From NCBI RefSeq assembly GCF_001194135.2, contig NC_068990.1, forward strand, positions 73,511,042-73,556,071: 45,030 nucleotides of DNA, in the 5' to 3' direction. The DNA is from Octopus bimaculoides. Lineage: Eukaryota. Position numbers and translations under genes: made by a program. Numbering within the stretch: the first letter of the stretch is position 1; every line of letters begins with the position of its first letter. A model generated the notes under the pieces. It did not search any database and had not been told where the DNA came from. It saw nothing but the letters and a program-made list of their open reading frames with translations. Positions 36,516 to 45,030 of the stretch are shown piece by piece.

Positions 36516-36817
36516 CAAACATCATCAGAATGATTTGAACTTTACCAGAGGAATATTGACAGGTAATCGAAGGTTAACAGGAGAAAAAAAGAAAAAGGAA
36601 AAAAGGATACGTTTATTAGGTCTTTAGGTTTAGATTTTTGCATCCTTAAAAGATGGCATGCATGTGTGTGTACAGTTACTTCAAGTAGATGAATGAACCT
36701 TTTCCTTTTCCCTTTTTTCTTTTTCTTTTCCTTTTCTGTTTTCCTTTTTTCTCCTGTCAACCTTTGATTTCCAGGCAACATTCCTCTGGTAAAGATTAAT
36801 GATTCTGATGATGTTTG
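36516..36817. mobile_element. Foldback MITE-like element, ~75-bp imperfect inverted arms
   Basis: CAAACATCATCAGAATGATT...CTTTACCAGAGGAAT...ACAGGAGAAAAAA recurs inverted at ~36744-36817 (roughly 85% by eye). Confidence 0.75.
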
Positions 36818-37154
36818 TTGCATGGAATGAGATAAACGTAAATTTACCTAGAAAAATAACACACTGAAACAGCTGTATATGTTATCTTGTTTATAATTAA
36901 ACTATGATCATTCATCTTCTAATTGTTACATGTTGCTCCATTTCTTCTCTTATCTTATATAGACAATCTGCTTCTCGACTGAAGATTGAAAACTCCGAAT
37001 GACCCGTCCTTATTTTTACCTGTCCTTTTTTGTATCACCTACTGTCTGAATGTTTTGATGTCACCTGTTACGTCCTTGTTCCATTTTTTGTTTTGATTTC
37101 TTATATATACATATAGCAGTGTACGTACACTCTTGGTCTCCTGTATGTAAGTAC

Positions 37155-37187
<33 letters not shown>

Positions 37188-37541
37188 NNNNNNNNNNNNN
37201 NNNNNNNNNNNNNNNNNNNNNNNNNNNNNNNNNNNNNNNNNNNNNNNNNNNNNNNNNNNNNNNNNNNNNNNNNNNNNNNNNNNNNNNNNNNNNNNNNNNN
37301 NNNNNNNNNNNNNNNNNNNNNNNNNNNNNNNNNNNNNNNNNNNNNNNNNNNNNNNNNNNNNNNNNNNNNNNNNNNNNNNNNNNNNNNNNNNNNNNNNNNN
37401 NNNNNNNNNNNNNNNNNNNNNNNNNNNNNNNNNNNNNNNNNNNNNNNNNNNNNNNNNNNNNNNNNNNNNNNNNNNNNNNNNNNNNNNNNNNNNNNNNNNN
37501 NNNNNNNNNNNNNNNNNNNNNNNNNNNNNNNNNNNNNNNNN

Positions 37542-37737
37542 NGTTTTCGTGCGGGTGACACGTAAAAGCACCCACTACACTCTCTGAGTGGTTGGCGTTA
37601 GGAAGGGCATCCAGCTGTAGAAACTCTGCCAAATTAGATTGGAGCCTGGTGTTGCCATCCGGTTTCACCAGTCCTCAGTCAAATCGTCCAAACCATGCTA
37701 GCATGGAAAGCGGACGTTAAACGATGATGATGATGAT
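37542..37737 (+). mobile_element. Family D young copy; 5' side lost in the gap
   Basis: Near-identical to 18541-18736. Confidence 0.85.
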
Positions 37738-37762
37738 ATACACACACACACACACACACACG

Positions 37763-37813
<51 letters not shown>

Positions 37814-38189
37814 AAACATATCAATTACTATTCAAAATCACACACACATGCATGCTTATATAATATACCTTTAGTTGACAGAGGTAAAGAAGAAAGAACA
37901 GCTAAATTTTATTTCATACAATTGATAGAAATATTGAACATCTCATTATTTAAGGTAAAAGATACGGTCAACAAAACAATGTATGAATGAATGAGTGAGA
38001 GTTAAGGATGGAAATGAATACAGGTGTGTTGATTATATATTGTGAATAATGAGGTATTGAAGGACAATGCCAAAGAATCTGTATGTGTGTAATAGTATGA
38101 TTAGTGCTTTTATGGCTCACTGCTCCTTAATAGGAAACAATCTGAATTAGAAAAAGGAAGCAGATGGAATTTATTACAAAAGACACTTC

Positions 38190-38232
<43 letters not shown>

Positions 38233-38473
38233 NNNNNNNNNNNNNNNNNNNNNNNNNNNNNNNNNNNNNNNNNNNNNNNNNNNNNNNNNNNNNNNNNNNN
38301 NNNNNNNNNNNNNNNNNNNNNNNNNNNNNNNNNNNNNNNNNNNNNNNNNNNNNNNNNNNNNNNNNNNNNNNNNNNNNNNNNNNNNNNNNNNNNNNNNNNN
38401 NNNNNNNNNNNNNNNNNNNNNNNNNNNNNNNNNNNNNNNNNNNNNNNNNNNNNNNNNNNNNNNNNNNNNNNNN

Positions 38474-38517
<44 letters not shown>

Positions 38518-38799
38518 TATATATACTATATATATTTATGCATGTATACATATATTTATATATATATTTGTATATATATGCATATATGTATAAATATATA
38601 TAGATATATACATGTATATATCAATATCTTTCCCTGTTTTCCAATAAATAACATTAAAAAAACCCACAACAAGCAACATACTCGTATCCTTTATACAAAA
38701 GGGTACAGTGCATGTACAGTGTATGTGTATATGTATATACATACATACACATACAGGCATATACATCCATCCATCCATCCATCTATCTATCTATCTATA

Positions 38800-38850
<51 letters not shown>

Positions 38851-38851
38851 G

Positions 38852-38901
<50 letters not shown>

Positions 38902-39008
38902 CACACATGTATATATATATGTATAGAAGTATATATGTATTGGTGTGCATTACAAGATGTATAATACTAGACTACATGAATGACAATTTATCAAAAAGAT
39001 GTATATTG

Positions 39009-39071
<63 letters not shown>

Positions 39072-39851
39072 TGATATCCTTCCCTATGTCGATATCTTTC
39101 CCCCCCCCCCCAAAATGACTGAAAGGCAGGATAAATGAGGAATCAGATGTTGTATTCAAGAGAGAAGACTGCAATTATATGGATATGGGACGCAAAATGA
39201 GAATAACAGCTGTATAAATTGTTATCTGTGAAAAAGGGTAGCATGGAAAATTTAAGGAACATGAAATAAATTGTTTTTGATGCTGGAATTCTTAGTACAT
39301 AAAGTACTAAGAATTAGTACATAAACAAACTTGTGTAGAGAACTCTTAAATTCATATATTGTAAACAACATATAATTCTTTTTGATAGGAAGGAGGCTTC
39401 TAAAATTGATGGAGAAATTTGAAGGATTGATTTGGTAAAATTGTTGAACATCAGTCATGTTTAGAGAAGAAAGGGTTTGAGTCCCTCAAGCAGACTTTGA
39501 CTTTTCCCATGCAAAGATTATTTGACCCAATATTCTTTATTATATTATCTATAACTCCATGTAATTTGAGTTTCACCGTTAAAAAATTAATTATTTTATG
39601 TCTCTCAAAGTTTCTAAGTTCTTATGATGTAAGCAACAAACAATTCTTGCTGCTAAGAAGAAATGTTTTAAAAACAGATGCAGAAATTGAAAAGAGTGGT
39701 TTGATTTAAAGGTAGAACGTCTGTCATGTTTATAGAAGATGTGTGTTTGAGTCCTATTGGCAGTGTCCAACTTTTTCCGTGCAAGAGTGTTTTTCCAACC
39801 AATATTTACATATGATTATTTATAGTTTTATCTACTTCAAGTTCTACCATT

Positions 39852-40258
39852 TACTCTTTTACTCTTTTACTTGTTTCAGTCACTTGACTGCGGCCATGCT
39901 GGAGCATCGCCTTTTAGTTGAGCAAATCGACCCCAGGACTTATTCTTTGGAAGCCTAATACTTATTTTATCATTCTCTTTTGCCTAACCTCTAAGTTACG
40001 GGGACGTAAACACACCAGCATTGGTTGTCAAGTGATGTTGGGGGACAAACACAGACACAAACACACACACACACACACACATATATATACATATATATGA
40101 CAGGCTTCTTTCAGTTTCCGTCTGTCAAATCCACTGACAAGGCTTTGGTCGGCCCGAGTCTATAGTAGTAGACACTTGCCAAAAGTGCCACACAGTGGGA
40201 ATGAACCCAGAACCATGTGGTTGGTAAGCAAGCTACTTACCACACAGCCACTCCTGCA
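39852..40258 (-). mobile_element. SINE family A, full length
   Basis: High similarity to the 1151 and 31300 copies; (GAGTAAAA)n tail. Confidence 0.9.
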
Positions 40259-40274
40259 CCATTAGAAATGATTC

Positions 40275-40379
<105 letters not shown>

Positions 40380-40454
40380 TTGTAGTATAAGCTACAGATT
40401 CATAGAATTATGTGTCTATTACAGAATCATTAGTGTTCTGGTGATCTGATGAGC

Positions 40455-40600
40455 TAGCTTTATTAGCATGCCTTGTGACATTGCCTTTCATCCTTTTGGG
40501 CTGAATAAAATAAATACCAGTTGAATACTGGGATCAATGTAATTGACTTACCATCTCTCCCAAAATTGCCAGCCTTGTGCCAAAATTTGAAACCAATATA
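40455..40600 (+). mobile_element. SINE family C, internally deleted
   Basis: TTGCCTTTCATCCTTTTGGG...ACCAGTTGAATACTGGG...CCTTGTGCCAAAATTTGAAACC. Confidence 0.7.
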
Positions 40601-40748
40601 TCATTGCATGTGTGTGTATGTGCATGTGTGTGTATGTGCATGTGTGTGTCAATGCATGTGTGTCAATATGTATTTGTTTTATCAGTTATAATTAAGAGAA
40701 CAATTACTTTGTATACGATATACAAGAAATGCATATGTTTGTGTGCGC

Positions 40749-40786
<38 letters not shown>

Positions 40787-41385
40787 ATGCGTAAACTAAA
40801 GTATGCTAGGCCTGACTTAAAGTGGCTCAATCAGGATCAGCACCTGAATATAGAAACATATTTTCTCTTCCTCTCCTGCCTGCAACAAACTCACACCACA
40901 ATACTCTACTCTTACTTTTTCTTTTCTACTGCATTTTTTCCTCCAACAATTTCTTTGTCACATATATACAGCTATTAACTCTCTGCCATTTCCAGTCGTT
41001 TTCCACCATGTCTAAGCTCTCATAAACTAAAGACAAAGGAAAACTCACTACCTGAAGTAAAGCTTTGTTCAAATTGCTTGAAACTCTTCTCTCCATGGCA
41101 TGCAAGTTAGAAAGCTTTAAACATCGCCAAAAATACAAAAATACAACAGGATTCTTCTATGAATCTGATTTTTCCCCCCACAAACTTTGTGAACCATTAC
41201 GTCTGCCAGATGTAACCTTAAACAGCTCCACTGGGACATGTACCACGTAATGAAAAGTTATCTACTTGTTTTCTCCTGTGCTTGCATTGACCTTGCACTG
41301 TAATATATCACTTTTCTCTCTTTTGACTTTCTCTCACACTGATTCCTTTTATCTACCCATTACATACACCTGCTCATAAATGCAT

Positions 41386-41429
<44 letters not shown>

Positions 41430-41859
41430 GTATGTTTGCATGTGTGTGTGTGTGTATATATGAATGTATATATACTATATATATATATATACATACATAT
41501 ACATATAGATACACACACATACACTCCCACACACACACGTGTACATATATGTATGCGTATAAATACATGTATAGAATGCTTGTGCTTATATATATATTCA
41601 CAATATTAAGATATAGTGATGTGTAGAAATATTATTGCAGATTTGTGCATGTAAGTGTCTGCTTATGTCTATGATTATCAATTTAACTATTTTCCATTCA
41701 AATATTTGCACTAATTCTCAAGCCTGAGAAGAATCGCTTTCTAGCATTAGTTCATTTCATGCTTCAATTCTTTTGGTTTGCTACAGGCATGGACTGAACA
41801 AATATTCCATATTTTGAGAGACCAAAATCAGTCTCTTGTGATATATTTTAGTCATGTGT

Positions 41860-41880
41860 GTATGTGTGTGTATGTATACA

Positions 41881-41971
<91 letters not shown>

Positions 41972-42254
41972 ATGTATACATAGATACATACACATAGACA
42001 CGGACATAGCTGTTTATTTATTTTCATATATGAATATATGTTATATATATGTGTATCTGTGTATATGTATATATATGTGTTTAATCATGTATATATATAC
42101 ATATGTATACATATATATATACATGCATATATTTATATATATACACACACATATACGCATCAATATATATATATATATATACACACACATATACGCATCA
42201 ATATATATATATATATATATCTATATATACACACACATATACATACATACGCAT

Positions 42255-42330
<76 letters not shown>

Positions 42331-42348
42331 GTATATATACATACATAC

Positions 42349-42385
<37 letters not shown>
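41860..42385. repeat. Long compound (TA)/(CA)/(TG) microsatellite with triplicated ATACGCATCAAT unit
   Basis: Directly visible. Confidence 0.95.
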
Positions 42386-43002
42386 AGTGTTGTATGTCCA
42401 CATCACACACATGCACGCTTACATATATACAATGCTATTTTCTTTGACCTATAATTGTGCCAATGCTTATTATGCTTGAAGAAAAATCAGATTTGACAAC
42501 TTTGATGCTGATGGTGGTGACTTGCCTTGTTCATATTTACCACCAGATTTGACAACGTATCCACCATTTTTATCTACTGTCTGCTAGTGATGAATAGATT
42601 TGACAAGTCTGCAAAACAACTATGTCAAATTTCTAAAATATACACATACGTGTGTGCACACCTGTGCATACATATGCACACTTACACACATACACATATA
42701 CACGTGATCATGCAAACAGACACATACTTATCTATCTACTTACTTGTTTTGCTTTCCCTCCTCTTTCTCTCACACTCTCTCTCTGTATCTGTGTGTGTGT
42801 ATGTGTGTGTATACATATATTACATACATCTTTATATAGATATATATATATATTTGTATGCAAATATATGCTAAATATATGTGTGTGTATGTATGTATAT
42901 ACACACACACATGCACATGTATAAAAATAGATACAGATACACTATATGTGTACTTACATATATATATATTTCTGTCTATATATAAATATATACATGCATA
43001 CA

Positions 43003-43035
<33 letters not shown>

Positions 43036-43322
43036 NNNNNNNNNNNNNNNNNNNNNNNNNNNNNNNNNNNNNNNNNNNNNNNNNNNNNNNNNNNNNNNNN
43101 NNNNNNNNNNNNNNNNNNNNNNNNNNNNNNNNNNNNNNNNNNNNNNNNNNNNNNNNNNNNNNNNNNNNNNNNNNNNNNNNNNNNNNNNNNNNNNNNNNNN
43201 NNNNNNNNNNNNNNNNNNNNNNNNNNNNNNNNNNNNNNNNNNNNNNNNNNNNNNNNNNNNNNNNNNNNNNNNNNNNNNNNNNNNNNNNNNNNNNNNNNNN
43301 NNNNNNNNNNNNNNNNNNNNNN

Positions 43323-43369
<47 letters not shown>

Positions 43370-43487
43370 TCATTTATTGACCATATCATTCTGTAAATAT
43401 TAGAATATACATTGCAATTCTACATTTGTGCCACAAAGCATAAAATAAATAAAATGAATAGTACAATACTAATAATAGTAATGAAAC

Positions 43488-43492
43488 TACTG

Positions 43493-43534
<42 letters not shown>

Positions 43535-43600
43535 TTACTAATGATGATGATGATGATGATGACAATGATAATAATAATAATGATGATAGTGATTATAATG
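43488..43600. repeat. (CTA)n followed by (ATG)/(ATA)n trinucleotide repeats
   Basis: Directly visible. Confidence 0.95.
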
Positions 43601-44916
43601 AAAGGTTGAAACTACATTCATTGGTAATATAAAAAATAATTACATACATTCATAAAAAATATATTACATACATTCATAAAAAGTATACTATACATTCATA
43701 TAAAACTGTTGATATAAAAAAATTGACTTCATATCTTATGTAGAATTATATTGTCAGGTAAGCTACAGGTAAGTAGGCTTACCCCCACGACACACACAGA
43801 CATCATAGACATATATACATATTTATATACACACGACTCAATTACACTGTTGTATAAATATTTAAAAAAAACAGAAAGAAAAACAATTTGAATAAACTTC
43901 ATACGGAATATAAAAAATATTCTGTCATGTAAATGTATGAAAAAAATTCTTCAGATTGGCTTAGAAACATGTACAAAAAAAAAAAAAAATACATACACAC
44001 ACGTTCACACACATTCATACAAACATGCATATGATACATACAAACATGTTACACATACTAGCACACACACACACACAGATAAATGAAGACACACAAATCA
44101 CATTTACACAATAAGTTTCTCAGCAAAACATACAATACAGTTATTTTATTGATACTTTCTATTCGAAATTATCATGTTTCTGGTTTTGAAAGTAGTAGAG
44201 TTTGTCTTATATATTTTATTATTATCATTATTCTTTATTTTTATCTCTTTATTTATATATTTATTTTTCCAGTAGCCAGCAATGGCTGCAGTATGATATC
44301 CAAAGACTAGCAAGAAATTTTAGATTCTTGTTTCCACTGTCTGTTTTCAGTCTTTTTTTTTCTTTTATTTCTTGCAGATTTCATAAAACCTTTTTTGATA
44401 TTCATAGTAAAACAAAATATTTTTTTCAGATTTGATCTCATTTACCTTATTCATTTGTTATATCTCTATATTGTATATAGAACCTAATTGACATTAGTTC
44501 ATCGTAAACTTAGAACTGATTGAATAAAGAGAAAAAACAATATATGTGAAAACCTACTAGGACAGTTATTATGTGTAATACTATACATAAACTCATTGCA
44601 GTCACTATATTACTATTGTATATGTATTGTAGAGATATGAATGACTAAATGGTTGAGGAATTCACTTTGCAATTGTGCAGTTATTGAACTCAGCCTACCA
44701 TATGTTACGTTGGGTAAATGTCTTTGCGTAGCCTTAAATTTATCCAAGATTCATAAATGAAATTGGCAAGGGAATATAGAAACTATGTGGAATATTTGCA
44801 GATTGTTTCCTACATGTAATTCCAAAGTCCATCCATATTACATGTTGTACATATGACACAGAGATCCAGCTTGAGAATTAATTTAAGGATATATGTATTT
44901 GTGGAATATTCAGCCA

Positions 44917-44975
<59 letters not shown>

Positions 44976-45030
44976 TGCCTGTAAAAAGCATACATCCAAA
45001 AGAAGATGCACACTTTAAGTTATAGAGTAT

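Noticed and set aside
44202-44435. WLQYDIQRLARNFRFLFPLSVFSLF resembling a Cys-loop receptor M4 helix
   Set aside because: The hydrophobicity comes from a T-rich tract, the typical D-R..R..FP spacing is imperfect, and there are no upstream receptor exons.

Overview
AT-rich metazoan genomic DNA, about half microsatellite or transposon, with 8 N-gaps. The SINE families and dense (TA)n/(TCTA)n/(GAT)n repeats suggest an octopus (coleoid) draft assembly; this is inference. Well supported: (1) a degenerate near-full-length mariner (13531-14779); (2) a young 5'-truncated CR1/L2-type LINE with an RT frame (26218-27456); (3) a Helitron remnant whose Pif1-helicase fragment is preceded by three related minisatellite arrays (7481-9343); (4) a hAT element with an 8-bp TSD and nested insertions (31175-32117); (5) several TIR/hairpin MITEs; (6) about 20 copies from four SINE-like families, here labelled A-D. 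Less certain: small minus-strand exons with canonical splice sites that can be chained in frame into one unidentified host protein. Nearly all ORFs in the supplied track are microsatellite or gap artefacts. I cannot demonstrate a novel biological system. The best leads are the motif-dense Helitron array, a structurally conserved SINE/LINE shared 3' tail that identifies a likely partner pair, and the putative micro-exon gene.
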